Of a DNA stretch of 64,000 nt, positions 40,883 to 51,852 are shown piece after piece. Both the position numbers and the translations under genes were made by a program. Position 1 is the first letter of the stretch. Each line of letters opens with the position of its first letter. Origin of the DNA: Batkoa obscura (Eukaryota); contig JASVEC010000024.1 of NCBI GenBank assembly GCA_030770535.1, positions 434,001 to 498,000 of the forward strand, in the 5' to 3' direction. Below the pieces are notes generated by a model that was not told where the DNA came from, did no database searches, and saw only the letters and a list, made by a program, of their open reading frames with translations.

Positions 40883-41766
40883 ATATCCTATATAAAAAAT
40901 TAAGAAAACCAGTTCCTAGAATTATATCAAAAGTCTTCAATGTTATCATATTATCTTTTTCTTCAAATAACTTTCTTCGATCAAAAATAAACAAGCAACA
41001 TTATATAGTTTCAAATCCGAGTAACCGCTGTCACACTAAACATTGAATACAAGTGACTAGATGAAGGATTGATACAACTTACTAAACTCAATTGGTTTAT
41101 TTTTGAAGGGTCTCATTGTTTATAGTTAATCTCAATAAACTGGGGCAATTTAATTTTAATTTTAATTCATATACTCTATCGAACGTGAACAAATTAGGAC
41201 TAAAATACTTGAGCATTTCAAGCTTTAGATAATTATTGAACTTTATACATATTTCTGTTATCTCTTTTACTTCATATGAACTTCCAAAATCTTCCATATC
41301 CACAAAATGAAGGCATGATTTATTTAATTGATAAAGATGTTCATTCAATAGATTTTTTAAAGCTTTATTTCCAAGTAATTTTATACAATTTAAGCTCCTT
41401 TAAGTTATCAAATTTTCATAACAATTTTTTAGGTTTAAGAAATCCATCGTACTATAATTAATAATACTTATTAACAAGGTAATAGTTGATAGCAAGATAG
41501 ATATAACTATTTTTGGAAAATAATGATATAAACTGTCAAATGTTATATATTTCAAATTACATTTTTAATGTCAATCCAGTTCTTACTTAAATAATTATAT
41601 GTTAGTATGCCATCAACAAGATTAGTATAAAAAGCACATATCAATAGAATAGAATATACATATTTTATATTTTTCAAATAGTCCTCTAGATATAAATATA
41701 GTTTTGTAAAATTTGAATACAATGAAGTATAGATTCATAAACTCAAAAAAGGTATAGTCATTATAT

Positions 41767-41975
41767 GGGGATGTATTTTTGTATTTGAGAATTTTACTAA
41801 CAAATTTTCGATTTAAATAGCGCTTAAAAGATGGAAAAAATAATGAAGCCAAAAAAAACATCCCCAAATACTTAATATGAGGATGTTTTTTTGGCTTCAT
41901 TACTTTTTCCACCCTGCAAGTGCTATTTGAGTGGAAAAATTGCTAGTAGATTCTTAGACACAAAAATACATCCCT
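41767..41975. mobile_element. Two MITE copies in inverted orientation (41767-41865 and 41879-41975)
   Basis: Both have GGGGATGT-type ends, with a 13-bp spacer between them. The second copy is flanked by ATAT/ATAT. Confidence 0.9.
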
Positions 41976-42721
41976 ATATAATGACTATACTTTTTACATA
42001 ATTCCATCATTTTTCTTCTACCAATAGCACCATGGTTAATGTCAAAACAAACGCCCATTAAGTTGAAATCTTCTTATAAAATAAGCACTATTGCTTTATT
42101 CTATCCTTTATAACATAATAAGAAAGTGAACTTATCTATACTTAAAAAATGGTATAATATATCCTTGATCACAATCTTTTCAAGGTTTTCAAGTTTAAAT
42201 AAATTACTCATTTTATAATTAGCTAAAATTATAGAAAATGCCAAAAGAAAAGAAACAAACAAAAAACTATTGCCTTTTCTACGTTGCTCTTATACGACTA
42301 TGTAACCTGAATTTAATTTTTGGCGCCCTTTATATTAAAAATTTTAGTTTGGTTCAGGATTATTGATGTCAACTGAGCTTAGAATATTCTTTTAAAAAAC
42401 ATATATCTATAAGATCAATTAACTCTTTTATTGAAGTGTTTACAATTTTACATTAAAAGATTTGGGTATAATCTAGGATAACTAAAGCTTTTTAAAATGA
42501 TTTACATATTTAAAGTATGATTGTTCTGTAGACATTCACATTCATGATATCAAAATCCGAATAAACAATATAAAATACACCAATAGTAAATTATTCCATG
42601 GAAAACTAGAGTTTCATTGAAAACCGAGCTAGCTCTATAAAAACTAATATTTAAAATATTGGCAATAAAGTAAATCAGATAAAAATAAAAATAAAAATTG
42701 CAAATGGGAATTCGACTTTAT

Positions 42722-44089
42722 TTATTGCCTTATAAAATAGAATTTAGGATTATTGATATATTTTGCTTTTATAGAACTTTCGCAATCTACAGCTTCGAAT
42801 GACGATATATTTTTAAAATGAATCAAGATAAAATCAATCATAGTAATTGAACTAGAGCATTGAATATGCTCAAATAATACATGAGTTAAATTGGAATTGC
42901 CTTTGATTTTGAAGTCTAAAAATGGTAGATCAGTATTAAAATGAGAGTATGATATTTCAAGTCTGTATAAAATAGGACATGATGTATAGAGAAAATGAAA
43001 AAACTCAGTTCCTAAAATTGACCCATCAATTTTCAATGTAATAATGTTACTCTTTTTTTTTGGATAAATTTCTTTAACTAAAGACAATGATTTATTATGA
43101 TATGTATCTAAATCTAAGCATGTGATTGTTGGCATGCTAAATATTGAGTATAAGAGGCAAGATGGTATATCACTACAACTCTTCAAACATAACTGATTTA
43201 ATTTTGGAAATGATTTATTACTTATACTTATTTTAGATAGATCAAAACGGTATAGCTTTAATTCTCTTAAATTAGACACTCCATCAAGTATTAATGTAGA
43301 ATAAAAAGATACATGATAAAATGACTCAAGTTTTGGATAATTGTTTAAATCAATGTACGTGTCTTCAAAGCCCAAGGTTCTTACCTCTATAGATCCAATA
43401 TGTAATTTTCTCAATTGCGGAAATTGCTTTTTCCTTAAATATCTATATTCCTCTAGCTCAAGTATGACATTTTCTAATTTAAATATCCTTAAATTATCAA
43501 ATTTGTTTATTACTTTTATAAAATATGGGACCCCTTGATTAGAATTGTTGCTGATATTCAACGAACTTATGGTTGGTGGTAAAATTGGTAATATTGATAT
43601 TGTAAAATAATCCTCAAAATTTCTAAGTTCTAAATATCTTAAATTTTGAAACACCTTTTTAATATTGATCTTATTTAAGTTTATATACTCTTTAATTGTC
43701 ATATTACCCACATAATCTGTGTAACAGACACCTTCCAAACAGCTATTGTTTAAATTTTCTCTATTATATAAATAATTATTTAAAAGTAAATAAAGTTTTG
43801 AACAATTTGGATACGTTGAAGGATGGTTTGGGAAACCTTGCCATTTTCCAAGGTTTAGGGATTTAATAAAATGACCATATTTTCTGTATACCTTCTTCAT
43901 TTCTCTGTCATATTCATAATGGTAAATATTACTATCTAAGTTGATATTCTCCCATAACATGGGCGTTATTATGAGATTCCATCTTTTGCAACATAGGAGT
44001 AATTTACACTTATCTTTGTTTGAAAGATGATTTAATACTTCTTTGATCGCCATACTTCCAAGATTCTCAAGTTTAAATATATTACTCAT
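42722..44089 (-). CDS. F-box/leucine-rich repeat (RNI-like) protein, intronless, 455 aa
   Basis: N-terminal F-box-like motif (IKEVLNHLSNKDKCKLLLCCKRWN..LWENINL) followed by LxxLxL repeats (FPQLRKLHI, YPKLESF, FPKLNQLCL). ATG at 44089. Confidence 0.85.
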   Translation of the reverse strand: MSNIFKLENLGSMAIKEVLNHLSNKDKCKLLLCCKRWNLIITPMLWENINLDSNIYHYEYDREMKKVYRKYGHFIKSLNLGKWQGFPNHPSTYPNCSKLYLLLNNYLYNRENLNNSCLEGVCYTDYVGNMTIKEYINLNKINIKKVFQNLRYLELRNFEDYFTISILPILPPTISSLNISNNSNQGVPYFIKVINKFDNLRIFKLENVILELEEYRYLRKKQFPQLRKLHIGSIEVRTLGFEDTYIDLNNYPKLESFYHVSFYSTLILDGVSNLRELKLYRFDLSKISISNKSFPKLNQLCLKSCSDIPSCLLYSIFSMPTITCLDLDTYHNKSLSLVKEIYPKKKSNIITLKIDGSILGTEFFHFLYTSCPILYRLEISYSHFNTDLPFLDFKIKGNSNLTHVLFEHIQCSSSITMIDFILIHFKNISSFEAVDCESSIKAKYINNPKFYFIRQ

Positions 44090-44610
44090 CTTTAAATTAT
44101 TCAAGATATGAGCAGAAAATAGAAAGAAAGTTAGATTATTTTGTTGACCATTTTCTGAGTTTTGCTACAAAATGATGTCTAATCATACAAACCAATAATA
44201 ATCAACCTTTAACTTTTCATATTAAATTATTTTAGAAACATCTGACTTAAACCTGCTTTAGGTGTTTTTAATAATTTAATATGAAAAGTCATAAAAAGGT
44301 ACATCCCTCAGATTCATATAAAAATTAAGCTAAAATTAAAAAGAACGAGAGTCATTTATTTTGTAGCATGTTCTAAGATTTTCAAAATATTTACAGTTCT
44401 GTGATAGATTATTGATTTCTATTACTGGGTAATTAAAACTTTCTAGATAAAAGGATCTGTTCTTAAAAAGAATCGTTTTGTATACATAAAAAGCTTTATT
44501 AAACATAATATATCTTATACTTTATACTATCATTGTGTCGTTCTAATCATAAGCTATAATATTGATAAAGCCGAAGTTCAAATATGTGAATTAATTTTTA
44601 AAGTTTATAT

Positions 44611-44707
44611 GGGGATGTATTTTTTATTTAAGAACTATACTAACAATCTTTCCTCTCAAATAGCACTTGAAAAATGGAGAAAGCAATGAAACCAAAAAAA
44701 TATACCC
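44611..44707. mobile_element. MITE copy
   Basis: GGGGATGT...ATATACCC flanked by ATAT/ATAT within a palindromic target. Confidence 0.88.
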
Positions 44708-44769
44708 ATATACTTTAAAGTCATAGCTGAAAAAAATCAAATAAAAACACGAATTAGTCTTATAATTTA

Positions 44770-46134
44770 TTTATGTCCTAAAATAATATTCAAAGTTATT
44801 AAAATACTTTACGCATAAAGGCTTGTCACAATAGCTAAAGCTAAATGAGCCTATGCTTTTAAAATGCATTAGAACAAAGCTAATAATAGTAATTGAGTTG
44901 GGACATCAGTGTACCTGAATAGGACGTTAGCTAAATTAGAATCTATGGCTGTTTCGAAATTCAAGTGTAATAAATCAACATTGAAGTCATATTATTCTAT
45001 TTCAAGATCATATAGCATAAGAGATGGCGTGTACAAAAAATTAAAAGAAATTAACTCTTAAAGTTAACCATTTAATCTTTAATATAATTATACTATTTTT
45101 CTTTTTTATATAATTCCTTTAATTAGAAATGATGAATTACTTTCACGTAGTGACAAAGCTAAGGAGGTAACTGTTGAAATATTAAAAATTGAAAACAAGT
45201 TTTGATGGAAATTAGCTATAACTTTGTAAACTTAATTGATTTGATTTTGGAAATAATTTGCTACTGATACGTATTTGAAATGTAATCATGTCCCCAAGTT
45301 CAATGCTCTTAAATTAGGAACTCCGCCAAATTTTAAGATAAAACAGTCTTCATAGATAAGTGATTCAAGTTTTGGATAATTGTTTAACTCAATATACATT
45401 TCTTCATATTCAAAATCTCTTATCTTTATGCCTTGGATAGGTAACTTTTTTAGCCATGGAAATTGTTTCTTTGTTAAATACCTGTACTCTTCTAATTTAA
45501 ACCTAACATCAACTATCATAAGTTTCTTTAGGCTATCAACTATTTTTAGCAAATCATCAAAACATGTCAACACCCTGTTGGAATTACGATTGGTACTTAG
45601 TGGGTTAATACTTGACGACAACTTTGGAATTACTAATGTTTTAAAGCAATCGCTAGTATAACCAAGTTTAAATACTTCAAATTTTGGATACTTTCTTAAT
45701 ATCAATCTCATTTTTGATTATATATAATATATAATTCTTACCTGTTAAATAGTCATCACAATAAACACCTAACAATGTAACACTCATCAAATTCTCATTG
45801 TTTTCCAAATATGTATCTAGAGATAAACTGAGCTTTATGCATTTTGGATATATTAGAGGATCAAATGTGAAATAATGATAAAACCTAACATATAAATGTT
45901 TAATATAACAGCTATATTTTTTAATTGCTTCCTTCATATTTGTCTGACATTGGAAATTGCTAAAGTCTCTATTCATATCTTCCTACAGTATACCTCCTAC
46001 AGTGTAGGAATTACTGTTTTATTCCATTCTTTACAGCATGAAAGTAGATAATGTTTATTTTTACTTAAAAGATGACACAATGCTTGTTTGATTATAGTCT
46101 TTCCAAGGTTTTTGGATTGAAATGGATTGCTCAT
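44770..46134 (-). pseudogene. F-box/LRR family pseudogene
   Basis: Starts MSNPFQSKNLGKTIIKQALCHL..CCKEWNK. Broken into ORFs 45677-45976 and 45286-45711, with tail KYFNNFEYYF. Confidence 0.82.
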
Positions 46135-46997
46135 TGTAAGATTAATTGAATTACAAACATTCAAAAAATGAAAAAAGTTTGTAATTTATTTATAAATCTT
46201 ATTTTTTGAGATGTTCTTACAAAAATACTTAGTATGTTGTTGGATTTTTATAGTCTTTGTATCAAAAGTTAGTAAATAAAATTGATAACGTAATTGTCAT
46301 ACCCACATTACATTCTAAAAACAAAGGTGACTTTAACGTAGCTAGAGTCATTTACTTTTTACAACAGACAACATGATAATATCCAAACCTATTTTGTTTC
46401 TCATGACTAATATTTTAATTGAGTTCAATAACTTACGTCTATTCTATATATATCAAGTTTTTAGTTCTTTGTAAAGACTTCTCCTAACTATCTATAGTCT
46501 TAGTCTATTTGACCAGATTTTATTGTATTGCAGTTAGCTCCCAATCCTGCACAATAGACTATATTAACCCCATATTTTTCACAATTTAATGCATAGCATT
46601 CTCATACAAGACTGATATAGTCTTCCCTTCACTTTTTACTCATATAATGTGTAATAATCATGAACACACTTCCTACTATTTCAGAAGTTATCCATTGATA
46701 GACAGCATCTCTTATATCAGCTATTTAAGCATCACAATTTTTATTCTAAATAAAATACTTAGGGTTAATGACTTTTAGGAAAAAGAAAAGAATATGACCG
46801 AATGTTATACTTTATTTTATAGATGTATGTTGAATAAGTTGTAAGAAATTAACAGCTTAGAAATGCAGCTTAATATTTGTAAAAAAGGATTCATTTATAA
46901 TATGAATGTAAAACAAATAGAAGACAGATGAAAATACAAATGGATATTCTGTTTTATTAAGTCTCTATTTAAAATAAACTTTAGGATTATTGAAATA

Positions 46998-48356
46998 CTA
47001 TACCTTTAAAAAACCTTGATATTGTGAAGCTTTAAATGATTTTATATTTTTGAAATTCTCTAAAATAAAATCTATAGTACTAGTTGAATTGGGACAATTA
47101 CTGCATGTAAACAATACATTATTCAAATTAGAATCACCTTTTAACTTATTATTTGAAAAAGGTACATCGATATTAAATTTACAGCTTATTAACTCAAGAT
47201 TATATAAATTGGGACACCACATATATATGTAATTAAAAAAATCCATTCCTAAAGTTGTATCAAAAATCCTTAATGTAATTATACCACTCTTTCTCCTTGG
47301 ATAAATTTCTTTAACTAAGAATAAATTATTATGACGGTCAATTATAGATAAACGACAGTAAGATAGATCTAAATAAGTGATTGTTGACATGTTAAAAACT
47401 GAGTATAAAAGATTAGCCGAGACATTGATACAACCAGATAAACTTAGTTGACTTAAATTTGGAAACAACCTATTGCTCATGTTTAACTTTGATAAATCAA
47501 AACAATGCAGCTCTAATTTATTTAAATTGGATATACCATTGAATGCTAATGTTGAGTAATAAGTCTCATAATGAAGAGATTCAAGTTTTGGATAATTATT
47601 TAAATTGATAGTGGTGTTTGACGGATAGTTTATATCTCGTATACCAATATAGTTAATAACTAATTGTTTTAATTTTGGAAATTGTCTCTTTGATAAATAA
47701 TTGTATTGCTCTAATTCAAATTCAATATAACATAGTTCAAGTACTGTTAAATTATCAAATCTATTTAGTAATTTTTCAATGTGTAAAGTATCTTCATAAA
47801 CTATATTTTCTAGATTTAAGGAACTTACAGTTGATGGTAAGGCGAATATTATTAATTCTACAAAAGATTTGTCTAGATAATCTTCTGAGCCTACAGCTTC
47901 AAATTGCTTTAAATTTTCAAATGCTTTCTCAATACTAACTCTGTTTGCAGCTATATAATCTTCAATTGGTATATTGTCAATGTATTCCATATATTGCATA
48001 TAATAAATACCAATTGACGGGATATGTGTTAACTTCTCTCTATTTTTCAAATATAAATCTAAAGGTAAAAATAATTCTGTACAGTTTGGATATGCTGATA
48101 AGTTATTTGGGAAATCTTCAATGTATTTAATATCTAAAGATTTAACATATTGACCATATTTTTGCATCGATTTTTTCTTTTCTTTCATATAAAGACAACC
48201 ATTTAAATCAACATGTTCAAACAATATAGGCATTATTACTTTATTCCATTTTTTACAGCATATAAATAGATTGCATTGATCTTTAATTGAAAGGTGATAT
48301 AATACTTCTTTAATTATAAAGTATCCAAGGTTTTCGAATTTGAAGTTATCAGACAT
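46998..48356 (-). CDS. F-box/LRR protein, intronless, 452 aa (copy A)
   Basis: F-box-like IKEVLYHLSIKDQCNLFICCKKWN..LFEHVDL followed by LRRs. Protein identical to 62642-64000. Confidence 0.87.
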   Translation of the reverse strand: MSDNFKFENLGYFIIKEVLYHLSIKDQCNLFICCKKWNKVIMPILFEHVDLNGCLYMKEKKKSMQKYGQYVKSLDIKYIEDFPNNLSAYPNCTELFLPLDLYLKNREKLTHIPSIGIYYMQYMEYIDNIPIEDYIAANRVSIEKAFENLKQFEAVGSEDYLDKSFVELIIFALPSTVSSLNLENIVYEDTLHIEKLLNRFDNLTVLELCYIEFELEQYNYLSKRQFPKLKQLVINYIGIRDINYPSNTTINLNNYPKLESLHYETYYSTLAFNGISNLNKLELHCFDLSKLNMSNRLFPNLSQLSLSGCINVSANLLYSVFNMSTITYLDLSYCRLSIIDRHNNLFLVKEIYPRRKSGIITLRIFDTTLGMDFFNYIYMWCPNLYNLELISCKFNIDVPFSNNKLKGDSNLNNVLFTCSNCPNSTSTIDFILENFKNIKSFKASQYQGFLKV

Positions 48357-48440
48357 TTTGAAGTTGATTGGAGTTGTAAATATTTAATATTTAATATTTA
48401 ATATTCAATAAAAATATAAACAAAAACAAAAACAATATAT

Positions 48441-48537
48441 GGGGCTGTTTTTTTTAGTTTCATTATTCTTCCATTTTTTAAGCGCTATTTGAGTGGAAAG
48501 ATTGTAGTAAAATTCTTAAATACAAAAATACATCCCC
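48441..48537. mobile_element. MITE copy with a demonstrable empty site in the duplicated locus
   Basis: aacaatATAT[GGGG...CCCC]ATATgattcc here, versus aacaatATATgattcc (reverse complement around 62552-62567). Confidence 0.95.
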
Positions 48538-49715
48538 ATATGATTCCTTTATAAATCCTGTTTTTTGTAATGTTCTTATAAAATCATAATTTTTAATTCA
48601 ATTTTAATTTATTCGAAAATTGTGGCCAAATTTGGTCAATTGTATTATTAATTTTAAATCATATTCTAAAAATAAAAATGTCTTTTAACATAAATAGAAT
48701 AATTTACTATTTACAAGAGACAACGTAACTATTTCCAAAAATTTAAATATACTATGACTAATATTTTAATAATACTTATTAGTTTATTGATTACTTAATA
48801 TTTTATACTTGCTTACTTAGCTTCAAAAAGCTTTTGAAACTTTCTTAACCCTATAAAGCTTTAATCCTTTTAATCAAATTGTAACCAATCTATAAAGGCT
48901 TAATTGAGCTATAACTTGAACTTGTTTTTATATAGCTAAACTCTTTTAACTTTACTATCCTTACAAATTAACAAGTAGTTCTTTCAAAAAAACCAAATTA
49001 TAGTTTTTATCTTATTTGTTTTATATAGTTTGTAGCTTATGTGAAATATCGCTTTGTCAGCTCTATGGTTGGTTATACCATAATAATCACCTAAGTTGTT
49101 GTGTTCTCGAGTTTAGGCACCATCAATTCCGAGGCTTTTATTTTGGTTTGTTATGGTAATTTCTATCATATAACTCTGAGAGATGTTATCTCTTCACTTT
49201 GGTATCCATACTTACTGGAGTATATAAGAGATTTTAGAATATAATAACTCGAAACTTTTTAACTGAATTATTCCCTGATATTGTATCTTAATAAAGCCAC
49301 TAATCTTTCTAGTAGTGTTTTACGTAGATTTTACAGTAGTATTGTCTATTGTATTTGTCTTACATACTCTGTACCCTATTACATACTATTCTTCATAATT
49401 CAAGTCTATCTTAGTTATATAAACTAAGAAATTTCGACTTACGACTAGTTAGTTGAATAAAAAGTACCTTCAATCTCAACAACTGCTGAGTATCAGATTT
49501 CACACCAAAAATAAACGGCTTTTAAATACATTTTTTACATTTTAAAAGCTATTTATTCTAATAAATTATTGATTTCATTTATTTAAAAATCTTATCTAAT
49601 TTAAACAATATATATGTATTGTTTTTTATTTATTATATTATTTATCCTGGGAGTAAATTTTGATTTTAATTTTGATTTTAATTTTAATCTTAATTTTATT
49701 ATGTTATTAATAAAT

Positions 49716-49814
49716 GGGGATGTTTTTTTTGGTTTCATTACTTTTTCCATTTTTTAAGTACTATTTGAGTAGAAAGATTGTTAGTAAAATTCTTAAACAC
49801 AGAAAAACATCTCT
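49716..49814. mobile_element. MITE copy
   Basis: GGGGATGT...ACATCTCT flanked by the direct repeat AAAT/AAAT. Confidence 0.9.
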
Positions 49815-49957
49815 AAATGGTGTTTTAAGTTAATTATTTAAATGATTAATTTTTTTAAATTTAAAACAAAACTTTTATATTTTTATTAACATAAAAAAGA
49901 TAAGCTAAAAAGCTAATTAAAATAAGACAGGAAAAGTAAAAATAGCCTTTAAAATAT

Positions 49958-50008
49958 AGGGATGTATTTTTGTATTTAAGAATTTTATTAATAATTTTTC
50001 CACTCAAA
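49958..50008. mobile_element. Truncated MITE (one end only)
   Basis: ATAT-AGGGATGTATTTTTGTATTTAAGAATTTTA..TTTTCCACTCAAAT, after which similarity stops. Confidence 0.75.
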
Positions 50009-50684
50009 TTGATTAAATTAAAAAAACCTTTGTAAATATAAAAAATCCAAGACATTCTAAAATAAATAACAGTTTACTGATTTAAAATTAATTAGTTTTG
50101 TACCTTTTTAATTTTTATATAAAATAAAGCTTAAATTTACTAATTTTATACTTATTGTTGTACTATTATTTAGTGACTTAAAGCTATATTAATCTTTAAT
50201 TTAAAGTTTTGTAAAATCAGAATAATATAAAAGATGAATTTGAAAAAAATTATTGTATTGATTAATAAAACTTTCTACATAATAACATATTAAAAGATAC
50301 TTAAAAAGCCAAATATATTTAAATTTACTAACTCATAATAATTAAGCGATAATTTTGAAATTTAGAAGACAAAAATGCTTAAATACAAGCTTAAAAAAAT
50401 AAAACGAAATAAAAATAAAAATAAAAATAAAAAAGAGGAAAAAGTTAAAAATTAAAAAGTAGTTTTAGTAAAATTACTTTTAGTAATATTTACTGCATAA
50501 TAAATATTTTATATTATTATACATTAGGCTATATTAATAAAATTACTTAAATATGTACAAAACTTATTTTTAAAAACATGTACTTTAAAAAAAATCAATG
50601 TTCGTAAAATAGTATTAAAGACGTTGAATAGTAACATTAATTATAAAATTAAAAGAGCGGACTGGACTACTTACTTTAGAATAT

Positions 50685-50782
50685 GGGGGTGTTTTTTTGT
50701 GTTTAAGAATTTTACTAACAATCTTTCTACTCAAATAGCGCTTAAAAAATGGAAAAGTAATGAAATCAAAAAAAACATCCCC
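50685..50782. mobile_element. MITE copy
   Basis: GGGGGTGT...ACATCCCC flanked by ATAT/ATAT. Confidence 0.92.
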
Positions 50783-51440
50783 ATATTTTAAAAAATTAAT
50801 TTTTTTTCTTAAAAATCTGTAAAAAGTTTTTAATATAATTTAAAATTATTTTTAGAGTTATAAGCTTGTAAAATAAACAAAAAATAAAAGCAATTAGTAC
50901 AGTTATATTTTTTTAATTAAGAAACATTATAGTTTTAATAAAAGGTTTTAAAACTTTTAATAATACTACTTACTATACTAATATTATTAAATATCGTTTT
51001 TTTAAAACTTATACTGAAAATTAGTTTGCATTTAAAATGTAAAAAAGTTAATTAGTAATGATTCTAATGAATATTTTAAAGTTTGCATTTAATAAAAAAT
51101 ACAGTAATTAATAAAATCCGAACTATTATTTTTTTATATAAAAGTCTGATAAAAGCAAAATCAGAATCAGGTAAGAAGAAATTATTTAAATAAAAGTAGT
51201 ATTTAGGAACTTTTTTCTAAGATGTTGATTATAAAAATAAAAAAGTTAAATAAAAGATATAAATCGATATCAAACTTTATTTAATGACCTTTAAAATGAA
51301 ACCTAGAATCATCAATATATTCTAATATTATACAATTTTCACATTTTTTAGATTAAAATGAGCCTATTTTTAAAATGCTTTAAAGTAAAGTCCGCCATAG
51401 TACTTGAATTATAACAACAAGAATTCTTAAACAATATATT

Positions 51441-51537
51441 GGGAGTGTTTTTTAACTTCATTATTTTTTCCATTTTTTAAGTGCTATTTAAGCGGAAATT
51501 TTGTTAGTGAAATTCTTAAACACAAAAATATATCCCC
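51441..51537. mobile_element. MITE copy inside pseudogene
   Basis: GGGAGTGT...ATATCCCC with conserved core. Confidence 0.85.
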
Positions 51538-51852
51538 ATACCATTTAAGTTGAAAACATCTTCCATTTTATGATTTAGGAATTTTAGATCAATAATATAC
51601 TAATAATTTATTACTTTGGGATTGTATAAAATAGGACATGATATATATGATATCAATTCTCTAACATACGACCTAATTATATTGTTATATTTTTCTGGAT
51701 AAAGTTCTTCAATCAAAAGTATCACAGCTTTATTATACAGCTGTAATGGTAGGTGTATGATCGTTGGGATATTGAATATTGAATAAAAAAAGGTTTCAAT
51801 AGTATATTACTATAAAAAATAAATGCAGTTGGTTTAATTTCGGAAACCATTC

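Larger units (their letters stand above)
40600..42211 (-). pseudogene. F-box/LRR family pseudogene with 3 MITE insertions
   Basis: Starts MSNLFKLENLEK at 42211. Fragments KKYSHYI[MITE]KYL[MITE], YSNFTKLYLYLEDYL, ORF 41097-41348 and LGTGFLNFLY[MITE]. Confidence 0.75.

Noticed and set aside
41622..41912. 96-aa ORF, and similar short ORFs at 17285-17515 and 49861-50055
   Set aside because: They read through MITE sequence by chance and show no transposase motifs.
47050..48130. Antisense ORFs repeated identically at 62868-63948
   Set aside because: Identity is a trivial result of the inverted duplication, and they lack ATG starts.
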